Source of the DNA: an uncultured Chlamydiales bacterium
Lineage (GTDB): Bacteria > Chlamydiota > Chlamydiia > Chlamydiales > JAAKFR01
Assembly: GCA_963748195.1 (NCBI GenBank)
Contig: CAVVHU010000009.1
Coordinates: 3,335 to 67,334, forward strand
Reading direction: 5' to 3'
DNA length: 64,000 nucleotides
Position 1 is the stretch's first letter; each line of letters opens with the position of its first letter. Of this stretch, positions 20,815-30,477 are shown piece after piece. The notes beneath the pieces were generated by a model. The model saw only the letters and a program-made list of their open reading frames with translations. It was not told the DNA's origin and did no database searches. The translations under genes and the position numbers were made by a program.

Positions 20815-21596
20815 ACCTAAATGAACTTAAAACATTTCTCTCCTCTTTGGGAGTCCGTCCTAAAAAAGGTCTCTCACAGAATTTTTTAATCGATCAAAAC
20901 ATTGTAGCGAAAATCGTAAAAGAGGCAGAGGTGGACCCTGAGGATTATATCCTTGAGATCGGCCCGGGTCCGGGAGCTTTGACTGAAGCGCTTGTGGAGA
21001 AGGGGGCTGAAGTTGTGGCTGTAGAACTCGACAGAGTCTTTGCAGAGGCACTCAAAAGGTTTCCCGTCACAGTATTCAATGAAGATTTTCTCTCCTTTTC
21101 ACTCGATAAATTGGCTCGGAAGGGGAAAGTTGTCGCAAATTTGCCCTATCACATCACAGCTCCCATCCTCACGCGGATTATGCCGCGCAGCGACCTTTTT
21201 TCGACGGTTACAGTGATGGTGCAAGAGGAAGTTGCCCGCCGTTTGACAGCGAAACCCAAAACCTCTGATTACGGATCCCTCACGATATTTCTAAATTTTT
21301 ATTCTGACCCCCATTATGCTTTTCGCGTCAGCCGCAACTGTTTTTATCCTGCGCCGAATGTGGATTCTGCAGTTGTTACCTTCAGGTTAAAAGAGCCTCC
21401 GGATGTCGATGCGGAGAGGTTTTTTGAATTTGTGCGCACACCGTTTGGACAGAGACGGAAAATGATTCGCAAAACAATGCCGCATGCAGCTAGTGCGCTT
21501 GAAAAGCTTGGATTTAATCCCAAAGCGCGACCGGAAGAGCTATCACTTGAAGATTTTTTAGCCCTATATCAAGAGGTCAATCGAGATGGCGCCTAA
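20811..21596 (+). CDS. rsmA: 16S rRNA dimethyladenosine transferase
   Basis: KKGLSQNFLID, LEIGPGPGALT, VANLPYHIT, MVQEEVARRL, FYPAPNVDSAV. Confidence 0.97.
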   Translation: MNLNELKTFLSSLGVRPKKGLSQNFLIDQNIVAKIVKEAEVDPEDYILEIGPGPGALTEALVEKGAEVVAVELDRVFAEALKRFPVTVFNEDFLSFSLDKLARKGKVVANLPYHITAPILTRIMPRSDLFSTVTVMVQEEVARRLTAKPKTSDYGSLTIFLNFYSDPHYAFRVSRNCFYPAPNVDSAVVTFRLKEPPDVDAERFFEFVRTPFGQRRKMIRKTMPHAASALEKLGFNPKARPEELSLEDFLALYQEVNRDGA

Positions 21597-22272
21597 TCCT
21601 AAAACCCGCTATCCCATAAAGGGATATGATAAACTCATTTTTCTCAAAAACTTTATTAAAGCGCCGAATATCTCTATCGGTGATTACACCTATTACGATG
21701 ACAACCTAGGAGAGCCGGAGAAATTTGAGGAGACGAACATCCTCTATAACTTTGAGTTCACAAAAGAAAAACTCATTATCGGATCATTCTGTGCATTAGC
21801 AGCGAAAACGAAATTTATCATGAGTGGGAATCACAAATTGGATGGGATTAGCACCTATCCTTTTCCGATATTTGGAGAGGGATGGGAAGAGGTCTTCAGC
21901 TTTGACGCTTTCCCTTTCAGCGGGGATATCATTGTCGGCAATGATGTATGGTTTGGCTATAATTCGCTCATTATGCCAGGCGTAAAGATTGGGCATGGAG
22001 CGATCATCGCTTCTAGCTCAGTTGTGGCAAAAGATGTGCCGCCTTATGCGATTGCAGCAGGCAATCCGGCAAAAGTTGTGAAGATGCGCTTTGATGATGA
22101 AGCCATCGAACGGCTATTAACGATCGCTTGGTGGGATTGGGATATTGAAAAAATAAATCGCAATACCAAACTCATCTGCGACCTAGATATTACCTTTTGC
22201 GCCGTAAGGCCTCCTCCTTTAGGAGGGGGATATAAGGCGCAAATGCCCTTTATGACTCGAAGAGTCATTTAG
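21586..22272 (+). CDS. Vat/CatB-family xenobiotic O-acetyltransferase; last 26 codons derive from the IS insertion
   Basis: IGDYTYYDD, LIIGSFCALA, STYPF, VGNDVWFG, hexapeptide repeats, WWDW; native end TRLEEV* is found after the IS at 23960-23978. Confidence 0.92.
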   Translation: MAPNPKTRYPIKGYDKLIFLKNFIKAPNISIGDYTYYDDNLGEPEKFEETNILYNFEFTKEKLIIGSFCALAAKTKFIMSGNHKLDGISTYPFPIFGEGWEEVFSFDAFPFSGDIIVGNDVWFGYNSLIMPGVKIGHGAIIASSSVVAKDVPPYAIAAGNPAKVVKMRFDDEAIERLLTIAWWDWDIEKINRNTKLICDLDITFCAVRPPPLGGGYKAQMPFMTRRVI

Positions 22273-22284
22273 GGCATTTTCTTT

Positions 22285-22698
22285 TTAAACGGGAGTCTTT
22301 TGATTTTCAATGTATTGCCTGATTATGGTTATAGGAGCGCCTCCGCAAGACCCGGCAAAGTAGCTCGGAGACCAAAGCATATCTTTGAGACAATAGCTCC
22401 TAATTTTTTTGTGCTTTTTCCTTAACAGTCTCGAAGAAACTCCTTTTAAGCTGTTCACAAGTTTAGACAGGGCGCATTTAGGTGGATACTCCACAAGGAG
22501 GTGCACATGATCTTTCTCACCGTCAAATTCTACAAGTCGAGCTTCAAAGTTGTTGCAAATCTCCTCAAAGATCTCTTGAAGCTCAGTAAACATCTTCTTA
22601 GAGAAAACGGCTCTTCTGTACTTTGTGACAAAGACCAAATGCGCATGCAATAAGAAAACACAGTGGCGGCCTGATCTAAAAGTTCTTGATTTTTTCAT
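22285..22698 (-). CDS. tnpA: IS200-family Y1 HUH transposase TnpA
   Basis: HLVFVTKYRR, HUH motif DHVHLL, LKGVSSR, LWSPSYF, catalytic Tyr in RQYIENQ. Confidence 0.96.
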   Translation of the reverse strand: MKKSRTFRSGRHCVFLLHAHLVFVTKYRRAVFSKKMFTELQEIFEEICNNFEARLVEFDGEKDHVHLLVEYPPKCALSKLVNSLKGVSSRLLRKKHKKIRSYCLKDMLWSPSYFAGSCGGAPITIIRQYIENQKTPV

Positions 22699-22741
22699 AG
22701 ACCAAAGAATACTATCAAATCTTTCATTTTTCAGGAATGAT

Positions 22742-23865
22742 ATGTTTTTGCGAGCTTATCGATATCGTTTTTATCCAACAAAAGAGCAAGAGGTCTTGCT
22801 TAGCAAGACTTTCGGATGCTGCCGATTTGTTTTTAACCACTTTCTCAAAGCAAAAACAATTTCTTGGAAAGAGTGTGGTGCCTCTCTTTCTTATGCCGGT
22901 TGCTGCAAGCTTCTCACAGAGTTAAAACGAGATTTTCCTTGGCTCAAAGAGGTTTCTTCGGTTTGTTTGCAGCAATCTTTACGTCATTTGCTTGCTGCTT
23001 TTGAGAATTTTTTTAACAAAAGGGCACGCTATCCCAAATACAAGACTAAGCTTGGGAGACAGGGGGCAAGCTTTATGCAAAATGCCTTTCAATACAAAGA
23101 GGGGAAGGTCTACATAGCAAAATTAGGTCCATTGGATGTTCGGTGGAGCCGTCATTTTTCAGGGATACCAAAGTCTGTCACCCTTTCAACAGATACAACC
23201 GGACGTTATTATATTTGCTTTCTCGTAGAAGAGCCCATTGCCCCCTTAGCTTTTGTAAAAAAAGAAATAGGTTTAGATGTTGGCCTCTCTCAAATGCTTA
23301 CGGATCAGGAAGGCAATACGATTGCCAACCCTCGTTTTTTAGAGAAGAGCTATAAAAGGCAAAGACGTCTTCAAAAAGCGTTAAGTCGTAAAGTAAAGGG
23401 GTCGAATAATCGCAAGCAGGCTAAAAAGTTGCTTGCAAGTCTTCATAGAAGAATCAAGGAAAAGCGTCTTGACTTTTTGCATAAAGTCTCCAAAAAGGTG
23501 GTAGATGAGAACCAAATTATCGCCGTTGAGACATTAAGTGTAAAAAGATGCAGAAAAGTCGTTTATCTCGGCAAATAGGAGATGTAGGATGGTCGCTCTT
23601 TCACCGTCTTTTAGAGTATAAAAGTTTGTGGTATGGGAGAAGTTTTGTTCGTGTAGATAAGCATTTTCCTAGCAGCAAGCAATGCTCGAATTGCGGCAAT
23701 GTTTATGATCAGTTAAAGTTAGGAGACCGACATTGGAGATGTACCTACTGTGGAGAAGAGCATAATCGTGATAAGAATGCTGCGCAAAACATTCTTCAAG
23801 AGGGATTAAAAAAACTTTCAGTACCGTGGGGCACACGGGATTTAAAGCCTGTGGAGCTTGTGTAA
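22742..23865 (+). pseudogene. tnpB: TnpB RNA-guided nuclease, frameshifted near 23542-23547
   Basis: AYRYRFYPT..FGCCRFVFN, RuvC-I GLDVG and RuvC-II AVETL in one frame; SSKQCSNCG..CTYCG zinc finger and RuvC-III RDKNAA in another frame. Confidence 0.9.
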
Positions 23866-23959
23866 GACCTTTCGTGCAAGGAAGGCAATGGGCTGAGAAG
23901 CAGGAACCTGATTCGTAAGGATTAGGAATCTCCTCCGTTTACGGAGCAGAGGATGTCAA
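23820..23959 (+). ncRNA. Predicted TnpB omega/reRNA scaffold
   Basis: Overlaps the tnpB 3' end and right end; TACCGTGGGGCACACGGGA...AAGCAGGAA...terminal hairpin-GATGTCAA layout typical of IS605 reRNAs; 5' boundary uncertain. Confidence 0.65.
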
Positions 23960-23979
23960 TAGATTAGAAGAGGTTTAAA

Positions 23980-25062
23980 ATGGCAGCAATTTCAGAGTTA
24001 AAATATCCCGTCTCCTTTGAGTGGAGAAATAGCGGTGCGGCATCTTCAGACGAAGAAGGAGTTGTGCAATTAGTTTTTAAAAATGCGCAGTCTCAAGTTT
24101 CTGTGTCTATACCTCGCAATGTTTGTTCGGGTCAAAAGCTACCCTTTTGTATCAAAAGGAATGATAGTATAAGTTTTCCGAAGCAACTGAGTCTTCGGGC
24201 AGAACAAATTCAGAATTTAACGCTGAAAGCTCAAATATTTGGATGCGAAGAAGCCAATATCACTTTTACTCCACCAGAGAAGTTGGAAGAGGGGAAGTAT
24301 CTCCTCGTTGTGAACTCTGAACTAAAGGCTAGTTTTGAGAAGGAATTATCCGTTTCGTATAGCAGTCTTCTAGCTTTTGTTTCACGGACATTTTCGCAAG
24401 CGCTTATGAGCATAGAGTCTCTTTTTTCAGCTCAAATGAAAGAGAGTTCTGAATGCGACAAAGAGAAGATGGTATGCGAAGCCGTGAACACCTGCATAGA
24501 TGAACTTGATCAAGAAGATCTTTTTAGGCTCCTTGAGCAATACGACCATGATCATAAAGCTATTGCTCACGGAGAATTGCCTAAAATTGCCGGAGAACAC
24601 ACGTTTAATCGAGTCATTGAGATTTTAAATACCGAGGGTTTGAAAAAGATAGTCCGCAACTATTTGGTACGCCGTTTCCCAGGTAGTGAGCAGGAAATCT
24701 CTGCTCAACGGCTAGAGGAAACGGTTGTAACGTTTAGGAAAAGATTAAAGAGCTGGATGGCTTATATTCAAAGTTCACCTAAAGACCAAGAAGTTGCTAT
24801 TTCTGAAGTTCTTCAAGATCTAGCTCAGATTTCGTTAGGGGAGATGCGCGAGCCATCGCTAGATTCTTGCTCTATAACCTCGCTATTCAATCAACTACGT
24901 GCTGCGGAAATAGAAGAAGAAAGTCTGGGAGAAGCGTTACAGAGAGAGCTTGCTCGTGATAATGAAACGCGCTCAGAGAGTTTAGCTATTCTGCAGCAAA
25001 AGCTACAAGCGAGTAAAAGAGTAAAATTGTTGCGAAGAGCTATTGAAGAGAGATTGGGTTAA
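23980..25062 (+). CDS. Hypothetical protein, helical/coiled-coil C-terminus
   Basis: 360-aa ORF with GAGG ribosome-binding site; no recognisable family. Confidence 0.75.
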   Translation: MAAISELKYPVSFEWRNSGAASSDEEGVVQLVFKNAQSQVSVSIPRNVCSGQKLPFCIKRNDSISFPKQLSLRAEQIQNLTLKAQIFGCEEANITFTPPEKLEEGKYLLVVNSELKASFEKELSVSYSSLLAFVSRTFSQALMSIESLFSAQMKESSECDKEKMVCEAVNTCIDELDQEDLFRLLEQYDHDHKAIAHGELPKIAGEHTFNRVIEILNTEGLKKIVRNYLVRRFPGSEQEISAQRLEETVVTFRKRLKSWMAYIQSSPKDQEVAISEVLQDLAQISLGEMREPSLDSCSITSLFNQLRAAEIEEESLGEALQRELARDNETRSESLAILQQKLQASKRVKLLRRAIEERLG

Positions 25063-25492
25063 TCGCGCTTCTCTGCGGGGTGGTTGAGCTCTCCGTAGCG
25101 AATCTGCCCTGTCCATCCCAACTTCGTCCTTAAGGTTGCAAAGTAATCCCTGCGCTCTAAGCTGACGATCTTGAAGGTTCTCTTTGAAGGCGTAACAGTA
25201 AAGACTTCATTTGTTGAGAGCGCATATCGCGAAAAACCATCGTATGTCATTTCTACAGGATCATAATGAATCGACAGATCGATCAAAGAAGGGTTGCGTG
25301 AGCGGTGAATCACCATGTCGTTTACAGCAAAACAACGCCCTTGCAAGGGTGTCACGCCTTCCATCATCAGCCGCCAGACAATAAACTGGGGTAAAGCATC
25401 GTTTGTGGCACTTCAGTCATAAAACCCAAATGTCCAAGGTTGATCCCCAGAATCGAGGCATCTAACTTTGGAAAGTGGTGGGCAACTCGAAA
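25059..25492 (-). pseudogene. nadK: Internally deleted partial duplicate of nadK
   Basis: 25060-25265 is identical to 27455-27660; 213-bp deletion; then nadK-homologous sequence that becomes diverged and carries further small deletions. Confidence 0.9.
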
Positions 25493-25668
25493 ACCAAACC
25501 TTCTCAATGCGGCTATTACTCGAGCTTTTCACCATTTTTTTATGAATGGTAATTATGCACTTAGGCGTCGAAGGCTCTTGAACAGCCATTCCCTCTGAAA
25601 AAACCCCTTGTCTGTTCCCCGTCGTTGTGATGTATGGTTTAAACGAGATACCTCATCCGATCACTGTA

Positions 25669-26511
25669 TTAAACATCATCAAACAACCATCCAAAAATCT
25701 TGGGAAGTTGATTCCAGTAGTTTTCTATCGGTTCTAAAGAAGGAAGCTGATGCTTGAGCATGTTGCTCCATTCTGATTGTAAAATCGATTTATCTGGATG
25801 TTCTTTCATGAATGACAGGCTAGGATAATCAATTTTTTTGTAATCACATTTCTTTTTTAGAACCTCTACCAATTTATTTTTATTAGCTGACTGTGATTTG
25901 TGCTTATATAGATGAATCACATCATAAAGATCTCTTGGTCTCGCTCTTTCTAAAAGAGCCCGTATCTTTTCTGCAAATACTTCTTCTAATGCATAGCAAA
26001 ATATCTTTATATTCTTAGGGAAATCTGAGTAGTTCTGGAAGATCATTCTTTTATCAGGAGGTAAAACAACTAATTCATCAGCAGTTAGATCAATTTTAAG
26101 TCGTGGGAAATTTGTTCTTTGCATTAGAGGCCCGCGATAATTTAAGCATCCCCGAACTGAGATACCTTTGTTCAAATTGCGGTATGTTTCAAATCGGATA
26201 GTGTCTTGGATTGTTTCAATACCTGATTCCTCATAGATTTTTTCAGCTATTTCCTCGAAACTACGTTTCAAATGTCCAACCTCAAGCTGAGAGACATCTT
26301 GAACAGTAAAGTCTAGATCCTCTGAGAAGCGATAGTTGTCAAAATAGCACTTTTTTAGACATGTGCCCCCTTTGAATATCCAGGTGTTTCCAATTTCTTT
26401 TTGATTAGTGATTCCTTTTAGAAACCAGCCTAACACATAATCTTTTTCAATAGTTGAAGGAAGTAAATTGAGTTTTCTGGCAGTAGTAAGAATCTCCTGT
26501 TTAGAAATCAT
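25669..26511 (-). CDS. abiEii: AbiEii/DUF1814 nucleotidyltransferase toxin (type IV toxin-antitoxin)
   Basis: IEKDY, FKGGTCL, RFSEDLDF, AEKIRAL, RDLYD. Confidence 0.93.
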   Translation of the reverse strand: MISKQEILTTARKLNLLPSTIEKDYVLGWFLKGITNQKEIGNTWIFKGGTCLKKCYFDNYRFSEDLDFTVQDVSQLEVGHLKRSFEEIAEKIYEESGIETIQDTIRFETYRNLNKGISVRGCLNYRGPLMQRTNFPRLKIDLTADELVVLPPDKRMIFQNYSDFPKNIKIFCYALEEVFAEKIRALLERARPRDLYDVIHLYKHKSQSANKNKLVEVLKKKCDYKKIDYPSLSFMKEHPDKSILQSEWSNMLKHQLPSLEPIENYWNQLPKIFGWLFDDV

Positions 26512-26516
26512 TTTGG

Positions 26517-27317
26517 CTATCCTACATATGTTTCAGGGAGAAATAATCCCCAACGTCTTTTAACATGTTTTCCTTTCACAGAAGGATCCAGCTGAGAATA
26601 TCCCTTACTTATTCGTACCAAACAGTCTGAAATAAGACGTTTTTGAGTCGGATCTCGACGTTCTAACAAAAATCCCAATCGTTTAAATACAGTACGATTA
26701 TTCAGTTTTTCAGCATATTCTAGAAGGGCATCTCTGTTAAAATGCTCCGATGAAAGATATGAAACCAATATGTCTTCGGCTGATCTTATCCCACCTGCTA
26801 GAACAGGGTCACTTAGGACATCGATAATCGTGCGTGATGGATCTGATATGAGCACTCGTATTCCCTCCCTCCAAAGAGTTTTGGTACCGAAGATCATGTC
26901 ATTGCTAATCTTTTTTAACAAAAATTCAACTTCCCCAATTTTTTGAGTTTTATTATTGAATCGTTTGCATGTAATCACAACAACTGATTGGAAAATTTGT
27001 TCGGTAAAACCCCAGTATTCAGCGGCTGACCAACCTCCTAGATAGCAGGGGGAAAATATTTGAGAAGCGACTATCCAGGGATCTTCGATCGGCACATCTC
27101 CTGTCATAGATTCCAGAGGAATAGAGATGTATCCTCCTTGACGCACTCGCTTTAACCATCCTCTTTTTTCCCACTCGAGTAGAAGTTTTGTAGCCTTTTT
27201 CCTCGGAAGATTTAGCGCGCTAGCCACATCCTTGGAAGACACAATTCCTTTCGCTGATGAAAGGACTTTAGCAAGCTGTAATCGAGATTTAGATCCTAAT
27301 CCTTTGATTTTTTGCAT
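26517..27317 (-). CDS. abiEi: AbiEi antitoxin / transcriptional regulator
   Basis: N-terminal winged helix (GWLKRVRQGGY), YLGGWSAAEYWGFTEQ, SDPSRTIID, KRLGFLLE; directly upstream of abiEii. Confidence 0.9.
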   Translation of the reverse strand: MQKIKGLGSKSRLQLAKVLSSAKGIVSSKDVASALNLPRKKATKLLLEWEKRGWLKRVRQGGYISIPLESMTGDVPIEDPWIVASQIFSPCYLGGWSAAEYWGFTEQIFQSVVVITCKRFNNKTQKIGEVEFLLKKISNDMIFGTKTLWREGIRVLISDPSRTIIDVLSDPVLAGGIRSAEDILVSYLSSEHFNRDALLEYAEKLNNRTVFKRLGFLLERRDPTQKRLISDCLVRISKGYSQLDPSVKGKHVKRRWGLFLPETYVG

Positions 27318-27379
27318 GGTATATTGAAACCCTTGAAAGAACCAAGATTTGGTGGTTTACTGTGTTTTCAATATACCAT
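27316..27379. promoter_or_regulatory. Inverted-repeat operator upstream of abiEi
   Basis: ATGGTATATTGAAA (27316-27329) and TTTCAATATACCAT (27366-27379) form a perfect 14-bp inverted repeat that extends imperfectly inward. Confidence 0.75.
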
Positions 27380-27453
27380 AATGGTGTATTTCTTTCATAG
27401 AAAACCCATAAATAATTATGTCTGACATCTTTCAAGAGATGGAAAAAATCCAG

Positions 27454-28344
27454 CTAATCGCGCTTCTCTGCGGGGTGGTTGAGCTCTCCGTAGCGAATCT
27501 GCCCTGTCCATCCCAACTTCGTCCTTAAGGTTGCAAAGTAATCCCTGCGCTCTAAGCTGACGATCTTGAAGGTTCTCTTTGAAGGCGTAACAGTAAAGAC
27601 TTCATTTGTTGAGAGCGCATATCGCGAAAAACCATCGTATGTCATTTCTACAGGATCATACGGGCTTAAATACTGCACCTCAATTTTCTCCTTAGGCATT
27701 AAGACGATCGGTCTATTTGAAATCGTATGCGGACTGATCGGAGTGATGACAAAAGCGATAATTTCGGGTGTTAGAATTGGCCCACCCGCCGCTAATGAAT
27801 AGGCAGTCGAGCCGTTAGGTGTCGAGAGAATGATGCCGTCCGCTGAAAAAGTATTTAGATACTTCCCATCGACATGAATCGACAGATCGATCAAAGAAGG
27901 GTTGCGTGAGCGGTGAATCACCATGTCGTTTACAGCAAAACAGCGCTCTTGCGAAGGCGTTATGCCTTCCATCATCAGCCGCTCTTCAACTGTATAGGCG
28001 CCGGACAATAGTTCATCTAAACTAGAGTAAAGCGCCGTTTGCGGCACTTCGGTCATAAAACCCAAATGTCCAAGATTGATCCCCAGAATCGGGGCATCTA
28101 ACTGGGGAAAGTGGTGGACAACGCGTAAAATCGTTCCGTCTCCACCAAGTGAAATGATAAAATCGACCTTATCGGGATCAATCGAGGAGAGGGGAGGCAC
28201 ATCAAGATCTGCGGCTTCTTCATCGCGGGCAACGACATTTACGCCCTTTTCTTGCAAATAAGAAGCCACCTCTTTTGCTACTTTAAAGGAGAGCTTTTTC
28301 TTCAGATTTGCAAAAAGAGCGATGATCAATTTAGTTCTCCGCAA
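27454..28344 (-). CDS. nadK: NAD kinase
   Basis: [44 protein letters not shown]; true start may be the TTG at 28329. Confidence 0.97.
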   Translation of the reverse strand: MRRTKLIIALFANLKKKLSFKVAKEVASYLQEKGVNVVARDEEAADLDVPPLSSIDPDKVDFIISLGGDGTILRVVHHFPQLDAPILGINLGHLGFMTEVPQTALYSSLDELLSGAYTVEERLMMEGITPSQERCFAVNDMVIHRSRNPSLIDLSIHVDGKYLNTFSADGIILSTPNGSTAYSLAAGGPILTPEIIAFVITPISPHTISNRPIVLMPKEKIEVQYLSPYDPVEMTYDGFSRYALSTNEVFTVTPSKRTFKIVSLERRDYFATLRTKLGWTGQIRYGELNHPAEKRD

Positions 28345-30223
28345 ATGTGAGAAACGAGAAGTGGGCCAAAATGCGCAACGCCATTTTTTCAGGTGTTAAC
28401 CCTATCTCATTTAACAAGTCCTCATACCCGCCTTGTTCAATATACATCTCGGGTATTCCAAAATTCAAGACTTCAACTTGGCCAAAATCATGCGACATCA
28501 AAAAGTCGTTGATCTCAGATCCAAGGCCTCCTTTTAGCGAGTGTTCTTCGATCGTTACGATGCGATTGTGCTTCAACAGCAGCTTTCCTAGTAATTCCGT
28601 ATCAAGGGGCTTTACAAATATAGGATCGACAACAGTGGCTTCAACGCCCTGTTTTTTTAGATCTTCACGAAGTTTAAGCGCAGCATTACACTGATGCCCT
28701 AATGCGATGATCAGTAAGTCTTCTCCTTCGGCTAAGATCTCCCCTTTTCCAAGCGGGCGAAATTGAATCGGTTCATTCCCTTCCTCTGTTGGGAGGTTCG
28801 GGTAGCGAATGGCAGTAGGCTTTTTCCAGCTAAATGCCGATTCCATCAACTCTTTTAGCAGATGGCCATTTCTAGGCTGACAGACGACCATGTTGGGCAT
28901 CGTTCTATAAAAGGCAATCTCGTAAATTCCGTGATGAGTGGCGCCATCCCCAGGAGAAAGGCCCGCACGATCAACCGCAAAGACAACCGGGATCTCCTGC
29001 AGGCAGACATCTTGGAAAAGGTTATCAAGAGCGCGTTGGAAAAAAGTCGCATAGATTGAGCAGACAACATCGAGCTCGCCTGATTTTGCAAGACCGCCGG
29101 CAAAAGTTACAGCATGCCCTTCTGCAATCCCTACATCGAAGAAACGATGGGGAAACTTGGCATGGAAGGGATCTAAGCACGATCCAAGCGACATGGCCGG
29201 CGTGATGACCGATAAGCGCCGATTCTTTTCTCCCATCTCCACGATGTGTTTTCCAAATATCTTAGGGAATGTCGGTTTGTTGGAAGTAGAAGGATGGAAT
29301 TCGCATGTGACGGGGTCGAAAGGCTTAGCGCCATGATAAGAAATAGGATCTCTCTCCGCCCGTTTAACTCCCTGCCCCTTTTTCGTGTAAGTGTGGATAA
29401 TGAGCGGCATAGGAAAGTCTTTGGCCGCTTGCAAAATGGCTACAAGCTTTTTAATATCATGGCCGTCAATGGGTCCGATGTATGAGAGTCCAAATTGTTC
29501 AAAGAAAGGTGCGGAGCTGACAAGGTTTTTTACAGATTCGGTTAGTTTTACCCCTTTTTTTGCAAGCGAGGAGCCGTAAACAGGGATTTTTGATACAAGC
29601 GACTCTAAATCGTGTTTCCATTTACTCGTTGTCGGGTTGCTAAGGAGACGGCTTAAGATATTGGTGATCCCGCCTACGTTTTTTGAGATGGACATCTCAT
29701 TATCGTTGAGAATGACGATAAAACGGGATAAATCTCGAGTAATGTTGTTAAGCGCTTCCAGTGAAAGTCCGCAGGTTAAAGTCGCATCGCCAATAATCGG
29801 AATGACATGTTCGCGATTGCCTACCAGATCGCGCGCTCGGGCCATACCAAGCGCAAGCGAGAGAGCCGTTCCTGCATGTCCTGCATAGAAATGATCGTGT
29901 TCGGACTCTTTTGGGTGCGCAAAGCCGTTCAGCCCACCTGACCCGCGTATTTTATCGAAACGCCCATCGTTTCTTCCGGTAAGTAGTTTATGCGTGTAAG
30001 TTTGGTGGCTGACATCAAAGATGAATGTGTCGTCTGGGGAGTGAAAAACATAGTGGAGGGCAAGTGTGAGTTCCACTGTTCCTAAATTCGATGCGAGATG
30101 GCCGCCCGTTACTGAGAGCACATCGATTATCCTATCGCGAATTTCTTGTGCTAATTCCTCTAGTTCATTTAGTGAAAGTTGTTTTAAGTAAGCCGGGGAA
30201 TGGATTTTTTCAAGATAGGTCAC
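28331..30223 (-). CDS. dxs: 1-deoxy-D-xylulose-5-phosphate synthase
   Basis: [54 protein letters not shown]. Confidence 0.98.
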   Translation of the reverse strand: MTYLEKIHSPAYLKQLSLNELEELAQEIRDRIIDVLSVTGGHLASNLGTVELTLALHYVFHSPDDTFIFDVSHQTYTHKLLTGRNDGRFDKIRGSGGLNGFAHPKESEHDHFYAGHAGTALSLALGMARARDLVGNREHVIPIIGDATLTCGLSLEALNNITRDLSRFIVILNDNEMSISKNVGGITNILSRLLSNPTTSKWKHDLESLVSKIPVYGSSLAKKGVKLTESVKNLVSSAPFFEQFGLSYIGPIDGHDIKKLVAILQAAKDFPMPLIIHTYTKKGQGVKRAERDPISYHGAKPFDPVTCEFHPSTSNKPTFPKIFGKHIVEMGEKNRRLSVITPAMSLGSCLDPFHAKFPHRFFDVGIAEGHAVTFAGGLAKSGELDVVCSIYATFFQRALDNLFQDVCLQEIPVVFAVDRAGLSPGDGATHHGIYEIAFYRTMPNMVVCQPRNGHLLKELMESAFSWKKPTAIRYPNLPTEEGNEPIQFRPLGKGEILAEGEDLLIIALGHQCNAALKLREDLKKQGVEATVVDPIFVKPLDTELLGKLLLKHNRIVTIEEHSLKGGLGSEINDFLMSHDFGQVEVLNFGIPEMYIEQGGYEDLLNEIGLTPEKMALRILAHFSFLTFAEN

Positions 30224-30477
30224 AGTACCTCTTGTGGTTCGAAGGCTTGCCGTTTTGGTGCCGCCTCGCTATCGAGTTCAAGTTCGCCATTGCGTTTCTT
30301 GATCAAAGTCTCAATACGTTCTTCGACAGCAGTTAAGCGCGTGCTGCAGCTTCCAATTAGCTGGTCGGCTTCTTCATATAATTTGAGAGATTCATCGAGA
30401 GAAACATTTCCCGAGTTCATCCTATCTAGGATTGCCTCTAATCGCGCAAAGGCATTTTCAAAATTAAATTCACTCAT
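30220..30477 (-). CDS. xseB: Exodeoxyribonuclease VII small subunit
   Basis: [31 protein letters not shown]. Confidence 0.95.
   Translation of the reverse strand: MSEFNFENAFARLEAILDRMNSGNVSLDESLKLYEEADQLIGSCSTRLTAVEERIETLIKKRNGELELDSEAAPKRQAFEPQEVL

Larger units (their letters stand above)
22194..23959. mobile_element. IS200/IS605-family element (IS605 group, divergent tnpA/tnpB)
   Basis: Inserted 3' of TTAC (22190-22193). Left-end hairpin CCTCCTCC-TTTA-GGAGGGGG; right-end hairpin CTCCG-TTTA-CGGAG ending in TCAA. No target duplication; removal restores the acetyltransferase reading frame. Confidence 0.93.

Noticed and set aside
22285-22698. TnpA as a RAYT-like mobiliser of the hairpin elements
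   Set aside because: It is a canonical IS605 TnpA with its own ends and leaves no target duplication, and its end hairpins share no sequence with family A or B
22625-22741. 39-aa N-terminal extension of TnpB in the ORF track
   Set aside because: It overlaps tnpA on the opposite strand; TnpB homology starts at the ATG at 22742
25059-25367. 102-aa ORF as a functional mini NAD kinase
   Set aside because: It lacks the GGDG motif and the STPNGSTAY segment; it is a deletion remnant
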